DNA from: Flavobacteriaceae bacterium
Lineage (GTDB): Bacteria; Bacteroidota; Bacteroidia; Flavobacteriales; Flavobacteriaceae
Direction: 5' to 3'
Assembly (NCBI GenBank): GCA_035705295.1
Contig: DASSWG010000006.1
Coordinates: forward strand, 3,327 to 67,326
Length of the DNA stretch: 64,000 bases
Position 1 is the first letter of the stretch. Each line of letters begins with the position of its first letter. Positions 8,971 through 16,526 of the stretch are shown here, in pieces. The translations under genes and the position numbers were made by a program. A model generated the notes under the pieces. That model did not search any database. It was not told where the DNA came from and saw nothing but the letters and a program-made list of their open reading frames with translations.

Positions 8971-9438
8971 ATGAAATACACCCGCCTCACCAAAGAACAA
9001 TTCGAAGAACTGCAACCTGAATTTGTGAACTTTTTGGCCACACAATCCATCACGGCCGAAGAATGGAAACAACTCAAAACCGAAAAACCCGAAGTCGCCG
9101 AAGAAGAATTGGACCTTTTTAGCGATTTGATTTGGGAAGGGGTGTTGAAAAAAGCGGAATATTTGGAACATTTTTCAAAACAACAACTATTCCTTTTCAA
9201 AATTGGGGAAACAACGATGCAACTCATCGCCCTGAAGGTTGAAAACGAAGCCATCAACATCACTACCAAAGAAGGTTATCAGTGGTTGCGCGACAATTTA
9301 TTGCACGACGACGTGACGATTTATACCTCAAAAAAAGCCATTTCTGAAGACAGGAACCAAGATATTTTTGCGCTGATCAAACAAGGGGCGAACATTACCA
9401 AAGGGGAGTTGTTCGGGTATTTTGAAAAAATGGTCTGA
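8971..9438 (+). CDS. conserved hypothetical cytoplasmic protein (Flavobacteriia-type; possibly the DUF6495 family, from memory only)
   Basis: 155-aa ORF with clean coding character and no signal peptide (MKYTRLTKEQFEELQPEFVNFLATQSITAEEWKQLK..). Confidence 0.6.
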   Translation: MKYTRLTKEQFEELQPEFVNFLATQSITAEEWKQLKTEKPEVAEEELDLFSDLIWEGVLKKAEYLEHFSKQQLFLFKIGETTMQLIALKVENEAINITTKEGYQWLRDNLLHDDVTIYTSKKAISEDRNQDIFALIKQGANITKGELFGYFEKMV

Positions 9439-9444
9439 AAAAAC

Positions 9445-9503
9445 AAATTTCAAGCATCAAACTCGCCTGCCGGACGGGCAGGTTCCAAGCACCAATTCCA
9501 ATA
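9445..9503. repeat. dispersed intergenic repeat cluster (AAATTTCAAGCAyCAAA + CCTGCCGG hairpin + TTCCAAGCACCAATTCCAA)
   Basis: Shares caaatttcaagca(t/c)caaa with 41355-41372, and the hairpin/ttccaa motifs with 30021-30100 and 36229-36295. Confidence 0.55.
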
Positions 9504-9611
9504 AAAGTTATGAGTGGTGGGTTGTGAGTAGTATTGTATATTGTATGACTGTATAATGTAATAATTTCGAATTTAACCGCTCACCAAATTAATCAATCAC
9601 CGATCACCAAA

Positions 9612-10853
9612 TCACTCATACCGTAATGATTCGATCGGGTCTTGTTTTGCGGCCTTTGAGGCCGGGTAACTTCCCGACAAAACCGCAATGATCAGCGAAA
9701 TGACCGTGGCCCAAATAATCGCGGCCCAGGGTGTGTCGAACGTAAAATCGGCCGCTGAAGCCACGGCATACCCGATCAAGATTCCAAAAATAATCCCGAG
9801 GATACCGCCCAATTGACCGATGATTAGCGTTTCCATAAAAAACTGGGAAGCAATGGTGTTTTTTCGTGCGCCCAAAGCTTTTCGAACCCCAATTTCGCGG
9901 GTGCGTTCCGTGACCGAAACCAGCATAATGTTCATCAAAGCGATGGAAGAACCAAAAATGGTGATGATGGAAATTACCCAAGCGGCAACGTTCAAAACGC
10001 TGGTCAACTGAAAAATTTGGTTCAGCAGACTGTCGCTTCTTTCAACTCCAAAATTGTTTTTTTCCGAAGGGTTCAACCCGCGAATGTTCCTGAAAGTAAT
10101 AATGGCCTCGTCTTGGGCGGCTTCCAGCAAATTTTTATCGGCCACTTTGATGCTGATGTTGTAATTGATGTTGGGAGCAGTGAACAGTGAACGCGCTTTT
10201 TGGATCGGAATCAACACCCGCAGGTCTTCATTGTTCCCAAAAGTGGAGCCTTTGCTTTCCAACACCCCAATGACTTTGAATTTTGCGCCACGAACACTAA
10301 TGATCCTGTTGATGGGGCTTCGGCCGTCGAACAAACTTTTTTTAATGTCTGATCCCACCACACAAACATTGGTGTTGTTTTGAATGTCAAAATAGGAGAA
10401 GCCCCTTCCTTCTTGCAATTCGAGTCCCGAATTGGACAAAAAATGTTCGTTCACGCCCAAAACGTTCGCTTCGGGGTCGGTTTCTTCTTCACCATATTTT
10501 ATTTCGGCGGTGCTCGTTCCAGTAAACGAAATCGAAGTTTGTGTGGATGCAAAATCGTAGGTTTCTTTGAATTCGCGTACTTCACGATAACCAATAACCG
10601 GGTGCACATCGCGCACTTCGCCGCTGCCTTGGGTCTGAATGGTGAATTCGTAGCGTTGCAAGGTGAAGGTATTGGCGCCCATCGAAGCAAAATCGTCACT
10701 GATCGTGTTTTCCAACGCGTTGACGGCGCTTAAAATACCGACCAAGGCCGTGATGCCGATCGCAATGATCAACACGGTCAAAATAGTGCGCAACAATTGG
10801 CTTTTGATGCTGTCGAAAGCAATTCGGATATTTTCCCGAAACAATGAAAACAT
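9612..10853 (-). CDS. ABC transporter permease, MacB/FtsX-like
   Basis: 413 aa with an N-terminal TM helix, a large periplasmic domain and C-terminal FtsX-type helices (..VTERTREIGVRKALGARKNTIASQFFMETL..). Confidence 0.85.
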   Translation of the reverse strand: MFSLFRENIRIAFDSIKSQLLRTILTVLIIAIGITALVGILSAVNALENTISDDFASMGANTFTLQRYEFTIQTQGSGEVRDVHPVIGYREVREFKETYDFASTQTSISFTGTSTAEIKYGEEETDPEANVLGVNEHFLSNSGLELQEGRGFSYFDIQNNTNVCVVGSDIKKSLFDGRSPINRIISVRGAKFKVIGVLESKGSTFGNNEDLRVLIPIQKARSLFTAPNINYNISIKVADKNLLEAAQDEAIITFRNIRGLNPSEKNNFGVERSDSLLNQIFQLTSVLNVAAWVISIITIFGSSIALMNIMLVSVTERTREIGVRKALGARKNTIASQFFMETLIIGQLGGILGIIFGILIGYAVASAADFTFDTPWAAIIWATVISLIIAVLSGSYPASKAAKQDPIESLRYE

Positions 10854-11218
10854 ACTGGATAAGATTGGTTCAATTTCGTAAATAAGACGTTTTTCAAGGG
10901 CGAAAGTTACCGAAAAAATGAAATTTGTTTGGTTATCTTTGCTTTTTAAATGAACGCCTATATAATTTTGATTTTAAAACCTAAATAGAACTAACCGAAA
11001 TAGTTGAATTTTAAGTGTTAAAAGTTATTCAGTTATTGGGTTATTGATTTTATAGTGTTTTTTGGTTGCTTAAAAACTTCGATATTCGATATTTGAAATT
11101 CGGAGTTGGATATTCTTGATTTTCGCTTCTTGACCAGGCCTTGCCAAAACATACACAAAATAGTATTGATAAACTACTAAAACCCACCACCGACCAACCA
11201 GCACCTAATTACTAATCA

Positions 11219-12589
11219 ATGGCACAAAAACCAAGTATACCCAAAGGAACGCGCGATTTTTCATCACAGGAAGTGGCAAAGCGGAGTTATATTATCGAAA
11301 CCATAAAATCCAATTTTGAGCGGTTTGGATTTCAGCCCATCGAAACACCGAGTTTCGAAAAAAGCGAAACCTTATTGGGGAAATATGGGGAAGAGGGTGA
11401 CCGGTTGATTTTTAAAATTTTGGATTCGGGTGGATTTTTGAAAAAAGTGGACGATCGACTTTATGCTGAAAAAGACAGTTCAAAAATCAGTTCGAAAATT
11501 TCCGGGAAGGCCCTCCGTTATGATTTGACCGTTCCATTTGCGCGCTATGTGGTGCAGCACCAAAACGAATTGGAATTTCCGTTCAAACGCTATCAAATAC
11601 AGCCGGTTTGGCGTGCCGATCGCCCGCAAAAAGGAAGGTTTCGCGAGTTTTTTCAATGCGACGCCGATGTGGTGGGCAGTCAAAGTTTGTGGCAGGAAGT
11701 GGAATTTGTACAATTGTACGATGCCGTTTTTTCCGATTTGAGTTTGGAAGGCACCACCATCAAAATCAACCATCGAAAAATTCTTTCAGGGTTTGCCGAA
11801 ATTATTGGGGAAAGCGACAAGCTGATCGATTTCACGGTAGCCCTGGACAAACTCGATAAAATAGGGGAGGACGGCGTGAAAAACGAGCTTTCCGAAAAAA
11901 GAATTTCCAACAAAGCGATTGAAAAATTGGAGCCTGTTTTTAGGTTGAAAGGAACCTTTTCCGAAAAAATAAACGCTTTGAAAGAAATTCTTGCAAATTC
12001 CGAAGTTGGAAAAGCGGGAATAAAAGAATTGGAATTCATCCAAAAAGCCATTGAGGCCGTTCCGCTAAAAACCGCGCGATTGGATTTGGACGTGACTTTG
12101 GCGCGCGGGCTCGAATATTACACCGGGGCAATTTTTGAAGTCACCGCGCCCGAAAAAGTGAAAATGGGATCCATCGGTGGTGGTGGCCGTTACGACGACT
12201 TGACCGGAATTTTCGGTTTGAAAAACATGAGCGGCGTGGGAATTTCTTTCGGTCTGGACCGCATTTACTTGGTGTTGGAAGAACTGGATTTGTTTCCAAA
12301 AACACTTTTGGAAACCACCAAAGTCCTTTTTCTCAATTTTGGGGAAAGCGAAGCTTTGTACTGTTTAAAAGCGGTAAAAAAATTGCGTGATAATGGGGTT
12401 TCGGCAGAACTCTACCCTGATTCCGCAAAAATGAAAAAACAAATGAACCACGCCAACAAACGCAACATTCCGTTCGTGGTTTTGGCTGGAAATCAAGAAA
12501 TGGAAGCGGGAATATTTACCTTAAAAAACATGAAATCGGGAGAGCAGTTTGAAGTAAATTTTGAGGAAATGAAAGAAAAATTGTTGTAA
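11219..12589 (+). CDS. hisS: histidine--tRNA ligase
   Basis: 456 aa with class II aaRS HisRS motifs (..PKGTRDF.., ..[13 protein letters not shown].., ..[13 protein letters not shown].., ..GGGGRYDDL..). Confidence 0.95.
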   Translation: MAQKPSIPKGTRDFSSQEVAKRSYIIETIKSNFERFGFQPIETPSFEKSETLLGKYGEEGDRLIFKILDSGGFLKKVDDRLYAEKDSSKISSKISGKALRYDLTVPFARYVVQHQNELEFPFKRYQIQPVWRADRPQKGRFREFFQCDADVVGSQSLWQEVEFVQLYDAVFSDLSLEGTTIKINHRKILSGFAEIIGESDKLIDFTVALDKLDKIGEDGVKNELSEKRISNKAIEKLEPVFRLKGTFSEKINALKEILANSEVGKAGIKELEFIQKAIEAVPLKTARLDLDVTLARGLEYYTGAIFEVTAPEKVKMGSIGGGGRYDDLTGIFGLKNMSGVGISFGLDRIYLVLEELDLFPKTLLETTKVLFLNFGESEALYCLKAVKKLRDNGVSAELYPDSAKMKKQMNHANKRNIPFVVLAGNQEMEAGIFTLKNMKSGEQFEVNFEEMKEKLL

Positions 12590-12618
12590 AATCTTCCTCT
12601 CAAAAAAGTCCATTAAAA

Positions 12619-12654
12619 AAGCCGATCATCAAACAAAAGATAATCGGCTTTTTC
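12619..12654 (+). terminator. rho-independent terminator after hisS
   Basis: aagccgat...atcggctt stem (extendable by 3 bp after one mismatch) followed by ttttt. It abuts the 3' end of the convergent tRNA. Confidence 0.6.
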
Positions 12655-12655
12655 G

Positions 12656-12729
12656 TAGCGAGGACGGGATTTGAACCCGTGACCTCCGGGTTATGAATCC
12701 GACGCTCTAACCACCTGAGCTACCTCGCC
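12656..12729 (-). tRNA. tRNA with anticodon CAT (elongator tRNA-Met type; a lysidine-modified tRNA-Ile2 cannot be excluded)
   Basis: Reverse complement is GGCGAGGTAGCTCAGGTGGTTAGAGCGTCGGATTCATAACCCGGAGGTCACGGGTTCAAATCCCGTCCTCGCTA. It has an acceptor stem, D arm GCTC/GAGC, anticodon loop TTCATAA and T arm ACGGG-TTCAAAT-CCCGT. No CCA is encoded. Confidence 0.9.
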
Positions 12730-12749
12730 ATTGTTTTTTCAATATGTTT

Positions 12750-12836
12750 GCGGGTTTGAACCCGTGTCCGCCTCGGGCGGATATGAATCCGACGCGCTAA
12801 CTCTCGATCACTATCGGCGATGAGCTACCCTCGTGC
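12750..12836 (-). pseudogene. degenerate tRNA(CAT)-like copy with insertions, immediately upstream of the intact tRNA
   Basis: Reverse complement is GCACGAGGGTAGCTCA[TCGCCGATAGTGATCGAGA]GTTAGCGCGTCGGATTCATAT[CCGCCCGAGGCGG]ACACGGGTTCAAACCCGC. Blocks GGTAGCTCA, GTTAG.GCGTCGGATTCATA and ACGGGTTCAAA.CCCG match the neighbouring tRNA. There is no 3' acceptor strand. Confidence 0.6.
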
Positions 12837-12869
12837 TTCATCAAGCAGGAAATCCTGTGAATTCGGCTG

Positions 12870-12877
12870 CAAATATA
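12870..12877 (-). promoter_or_regulatory. putative -7 promoter box (TAtaTTTG on minus strand) driving the tRNA transcript
   Basis: The plus-strand sequence caaatata is TAnnTTTG on the minus strand. It lies ~140 nt upstream of the mature tRNA 5' end, so the decayed copy falls within the leader. Confidence 0.4.
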
Positions 12878-12988
12878 AACTTATTTTGCGCCGTCACAAA
12901 CATCTTTATTGAATAAATTTTTGGGGTTTCCTTTCCATCTTAGCGATTAAGTTTCTATATTGCTCCACATACAAAAACGAACCCACCC

Positions 12989-13378
12989 ATGAGCGAAAAA
13001 ATAAAATTTGAGATGGAGATTCCGATTCACGCCTCGCCATCTTTGCTTTACAATTATATTTCCACTCCTTCCGGATTGAGTGAATGGTATGCCGACAACG
13101 TGAATTTTCGCGGCGAAGTCTATACTTTTATTTGGGAAGGCGGAACCGAGGAACAAGCTAAATTATTGAGCAAAAAAACAGGGGAACGCATCAAAATGCA
13201 ATGGGTGGACGATGAAGATGACCCCTATTTTTTTGAACTGCGCATTCAAGTGGATGAAATCACCAAAGACGTTTCGTTGATGATCACCGATTTTGCGGAA
13301 GAAGACGAAGTGGAAGAAACCAAAATGTGGTGGGAAAATATGATTTCAGAACTAAAACAAGTGCTCGGTTCGGTTTAA
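12989..13378 (+). CDS. START/SRPBCC-like (AHSA1-type) domain protein
   Basis: 129 aa. ..IHASPSLLYNYISTPSGLSEWYADNV...YTFIWEG.. is the pattern of small Flavobacteriia START-like proteins. Confidence 0.65.
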   Translation: MSEKIKFEMEIPIHASPSLLYNYISTPSGLSEWYADNVNFRGEVYTFIWEGGTEEQAKLLSKKTGERIKMQWVDDEDDPYFFELRIQVDEITKDVSLMITDFAEEDEVEETKMWWENMISELKQVLGSV

Positions 13379-13388
13379 AAAAAACGAT

Positions 13389-13553
13389 TAGGGCGTGTTA
13401 ACACTAAAACGAAAGCATGGATTTTTTAGTTATTTTTTCGTGTTTCGAGGCTGTTTTTGCAGAACATAGCCAAGCTACGTTTAAAAAAACGAACGAAGAA
13501 AGACGGAAAAAGAGCAAAAAAGACACTTTTGGGCTTAGCGTTAACACGCCCTA
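13389..13553. repeat. ~165-bp non-coding element closed by 14-bp perfect inverted repeats (TAGGGCGTGTTAAC / GTTAACACGCCCTA)
   Basis: Left arm 13389-13402, right arm 13540-13553. Pairing extends 4 more bp after one mismatch. The interior is A/T- and purine-rich with no ORF. Confidence 0.6.
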
Positions 13554-13558
13554 GTTGC

Positions 13559-13566
13559 TATCTTTG
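13559..13566 (+). promoter_or_regulatory. putative -7 promoter box (TAtcTTTG) of the class IV aminotransferase gene
   Basis: TAnnTTTG match 32 nt upstream of the ATG at 13599, directly after the inverted-repeat element. Confidence 0.45.
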
Positions 13567-13598
13567 CCGTTGATTAAAAAAGAAACCAAATTTTTTAT

Positions 13599-14444
13599 AT
13601 GGTCAATCAAAACGGAAAGGTTCTACACGAAAACGACGCACATTTATCAATAAGAAACCGTGGCTATCTGTACGGCGACGGTTTGTTCGAAACGATCAAA
13701 GCCGTAAACGGAAAAATTATTTTCTGGGAAGACCATTATTTTCGGTTAATGGCTTCCATGCGGATTTTGCGCATGGAAATCCCCATGAATTTTTCCCCTG
13801 AATTTTTGGAACAGGAAATCACCGGTTTGCTCGAAGCCAAGGCTTTGTTGAACAAACCGGTAAAAATCAACATCAATGTTCATCGAAAAAGCGGGGGGAT
13901 GTACTTGCCCGAACACCGAGAAATTGAATATATGATCCGTGCTTCGGAATGGGAACACCCTTTTTATATTTTTGATGAAACCGATTGCGAAGTTGAACTC
14001 TTCAAAGACCATTTTGTCAATAGCGGATTGCTTTCCACACTGAAAACCAACAACAAAGCGCTTCACGTATTGGGAAGCATTTTTGCAGAAGAAAACGGAT
14101 ATGACAATTGCCTGTTGTTGAACGAAAAAAAATCGGTGATCGAAGGTTTGAACGGGAATTTGTTTCTCGTAACCGGAAAAACAATCAAAACCCCACCGCT
14201 TTCCGAAGGTTGTTTGAACGGAATTGCCCGAAAAAAGTTGATCGGAATTTTGAAAAAATTACCGGAATTCACTTTGGAAGAAGTTCCCATTTCGCCGTTT
14301 GAACTTCAAAAAGCGGACGAATTGTTTTTAACAAACGTGCTGCTGGGCATCCGTTCCATTTCAAAATATCGAAAAAAACAGTTCGGAAACGAAGTCGCCA
14401 AATCTTTATTGGCAAAATTGAACGCATCGGTTCGTTTGGGTTAG
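13599..14444 (+). CDS. aminotransferase class IV (aminodeoxychorismate lyase / branched-chain aminotransferase-like)
   Basis: 281 aa with fold-type IV PLP enzyme pattern (..NRGYLYGDGLFETIKAVNGKI...LNGIARKKLI..LFLTNVLLGI..). Confidence 0.8.
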   Translation: MVNQNGKVLHENDAHLSIRNRGYLYGDGLFETIKAVNGKIIFWEDHYFRLMASMRILRMEIPMNFSPEFLEQEITGLLEAKALLNKPVKININVHRKSGGMYLPEHREIEYMIRASEWEHPFYIFDETDCEVELFKDHFVNSGLLSTLKTNNKALHVLGSIFAEENGYDNCLLLNEKKSVIEGLNGNLFLVTGKTIKTPPLSEGCLNGIARKKLIGILKKLPEFTLEEVPISPFELQKADELFLTNVLLGIRSISKYRKKQFGNEVAKSLLAKLNASVRLG

Positions 14445-15001
14445 TTGTAGCTCGGGTATTCGGGCGCATTGGCCCATATCAAATAATCGCCGCCCAATTC
14501 TTTGATTTTGTCTTTCCAAAAATTGGAATAGGGCCGTTCGATCAGTTTTTTTTCATCGTCGTTGTTGGCAATGATCCAGGCATTTGCTTCCAGCTCTTCT
14601 TTTAATTGTTCGTGGTCCCAGCCCGAATATCCCAAAAAGAATTTGATTTCGTCTTGGCCAATGGTTTGGTTGCGGAGCAAGGTTTTTACAATTTCAAAAT
14701 CGCCGCCCCAAAAAATTCCGTTCGCAATTTCAATGCTGTTCGGAATCAGGTCGGGCATTTTATGAATAAAATACAAGTTATCTTGCTCCACCGGCCCACC
14801 ATTGTACACTTTAAAATGATCGGGAACATCTGGAAGAATGTCGCTCAAACTAAAATCGAACACCTTGTTCAAAATAAAACCAATGGAACCGTCCACAGTG
14901 TGATCGGCCAACAAAACCACCGCGCGGTTAAAAGAAATATCGCCCGTCAACGAAGGTTCGGCGATCAAAAGCAGTCCTTTATCTGGTGTAAGTGAGGTCA
15001 A
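14441..15001 (-). CDS. YqgE/AlgH family protein (UPF0301)
   Basis: 186 aa. ..GLLLIAEPSLTGDISFNRAVVLLADHTVDGSIGFILNK...GGPV...FLGYSGW.. is the typical YqgE signature. Confidence 0.85.
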   Translation of the reverse strand: MTSLTPDKGLLLIAEPSLTGDISFNRAVVLLADHTVDGSIGFILNKVFDFSLSDILPDVPDHFKVYNGGPVEQDNLYFIHKMPDLIPNSIEIANGIFWGGDFEIVKTLLRNQTIGQDEIKFFLGYSGWDHEQLKEELEANAWIIANNDDEKKLIERPYSNFWKDKIKELGGDYLIWANAPEYPSYN

Positions 15002-15072
15002 ATTGATTTAACTTTATATTAAAATTAAATCAAATAATGTAAAAAATCAAATAAATTTCAAAAAAAGAAATA

Positions 15073-15104
15073 AAAAAAGCCTTTCGAAAGTGAAAGGCTT
15101 TAAA
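15073..15104 (-). terminator. rho-independent terminator of the HU gene
   Basis: aaagcctttc / gaaaggcttt stem. The A-run on the plus strand is a U-run on the minus strand, about 25 nt past the HU stop. Confidence 0.75.
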
Positions 15105-15124
15105 GTTGTTATCCGTAAATACGA

Positions 15125-15397
15125 TTAATTGACGGCTTTTTGCATATCGGAACCAGCTTTGAACTTCACCACGTTTTTTGCGGCGATTTTGATGGTTTTT
15201 CCGGTTTGTGGGTTTCTTCCTTCACGTGCGGCCCTTCTGGAAACCGCCCAAGATCCGAATCCTACCAAGGAAACACGATCTCCTTTTTTAAGGGACTTTT
15301 CAACGTTGCCCAAGAAAGATTCAAGGGATTTTTTTGCAGCTGCCTTTGAAATTCCGGCGTCTTCTGCCATTCCGTCGATCAAATTTGTTTTGTTCAT
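15125..15397 (-). CDS. hup: HU family DNA-binding protein
   Basis: 90 aa. MNKTNLIDGMAEDAGISKAAAKKSL...GDRVSLVGFGSWAVSRRAAREGRNPQTGKTIKIAAKNVVKFKAG is canonical HU. Confidence 0.95.
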   Translation of the reverse strand: MNKTNLIDGMAEDAGISKAAAKKSLESFLGNVEKSLKKGDRVSLVGFGSWAVSRRAAREGRNPQTGKTIKIAAKNVVKFKAGSDMQKAVN

Positions 15398-15447
15398 AAT
15401 TTTTTGTTTTTAATGAATGTTGGTTAAACTTAAATTAATTCGCTCTA

Positions 15448-15455
15448 CAAATTTA
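15448..15455 (-). promoter_or_regulatory. putative -7 promoter box (TAaaTTTG on minus strand) of hup
   Basis: The plus-strand sequence caaattta lies 50 nt upstream of the hup ATG at 15397. Confidence 0.45.
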
Positions 15456-15581
15456 TACGGTTTTCTGTTTCATGCAAGCAATATCAAGGGAAATGCGCCA
15501 AATTGTTGATAACTTACGGCAATTGTTGATAAAGATTGCTTGTGTTTTCGGTTTTTCGGGCAATTCAGCAGGAATAAGGCT

Positions 15582-16526
15582 TTAGCGCATTCTTGGGTTT
15601 TCTTTCAAGGAAAACCCGTTCAAAAGTTCTTTTACCCCCATTTTTCTTTTTCCGGGAAGTTGGATTTCCTCCAAAACCACAAACCCACCTTTTACCGCTA
15701 CTTTCAAGCTTTTTTCGATTTGAACAATTTCCCCTACCGGAAGTTCGTGCGCTTCCATTTTTATGCTTGCCTTTTGAATTTTCACGCGAACTTCCTCTTT
15801 GCCATGTTCCAAAAAACACCAAGCGGTCGGGTAGGGGCTCAACCCGCGGATTTTGTCATATATCGTTTTTGCGGGCTCGTTCCAATCGATTTTTGTGTTT
15901 TCCGCAGTGAGTTTTGGGGCGTCTTTCAAATTTTCGGTGGGTTGCCGAAATGTTTGAACGTTTCCATTGCGAAGCAATGACAAGGTTTTTACGACCAAAT
16001 CGCCGCCAAGCTCCATCAATTTGTCGTGCAGTTCGCCTGCATTTTCGTTTGGTTCGATTTTGGTTTCTTGCTGAAGGATGATTTCACCCGTATCGATTTT
16101 TTCGTCAATGAAGAAAGTGGAAACGCCCGTGGTTTTTTCGCCATTGACAATTGCCCAATTGATCGGTGCGGCGCCACGATATTGCGGCAACAAGGAAGCG
16201 TGCAGGTTGAAAGTGCCCAATTCGGGCATTTGCCAAATTGCTTTGGGCAACATCCGAAACGCGACCACCACCTGTACATTTGCTTTCAAGCTTTTCAGTT
16301 CCTCATAAAATTCGGGCGATTTTAAATTGACCGGCTGCAATACGGGAATTCCTTTTTCCAAAGCAAATTTTTTCACTGCCGATTGGTTCAATTTCCGCCC
16401 ACGGCCCGCGGGTTTATCGGGCGCGGTAACCACCCCGACAACTGAAAATCCGTTTGCAATGATTTTTTCCAAGCTTGCCACAGCAAACTCGGGCGTTCCC
16501 ATAAAAACGATTCGCAAATCTTTCAT
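15582..16526 (-). CDS. fmt: methionyl-tRNA formyltransferase
   Basis: The true start is MKDLRIVFMGTPEFAV at 16526. The ORF-track N-terminal extension overlaps recQ. Motifs include ..NLHASLLPQYRGAAPINWAI... The ATG overlaps the recQ stop (ATGA). Confidence 0.92.
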   Translation of the reverse strand: MKDLRIVFMGTPEFAVASLEKIIANGFSVVGVVTAPDKPAGRGRKLNQSAVKKFALEKGIPVLQPVNLKSPEFYEELKSLKANVQVVVAFRMLPKAIWQMPELGTFNLHASLLPQYRGAAPINWAIVNGEKTTGVSTFFIDEKIDTGEIILQQETKIEPNENAGELHDKLMELGGDLVVKTLSLLRNGNVQTFRQPTENLKDAPKLTAENTKIDWNEPAKTIYDKIRGLSPYPTAWCFLEHGKEEVRVKIQKASIKMEAHELPVGEIVQIEKSLKVAVKGGFVVLEEIQLPGKRKMGVKELLNGFSLKENPRMR

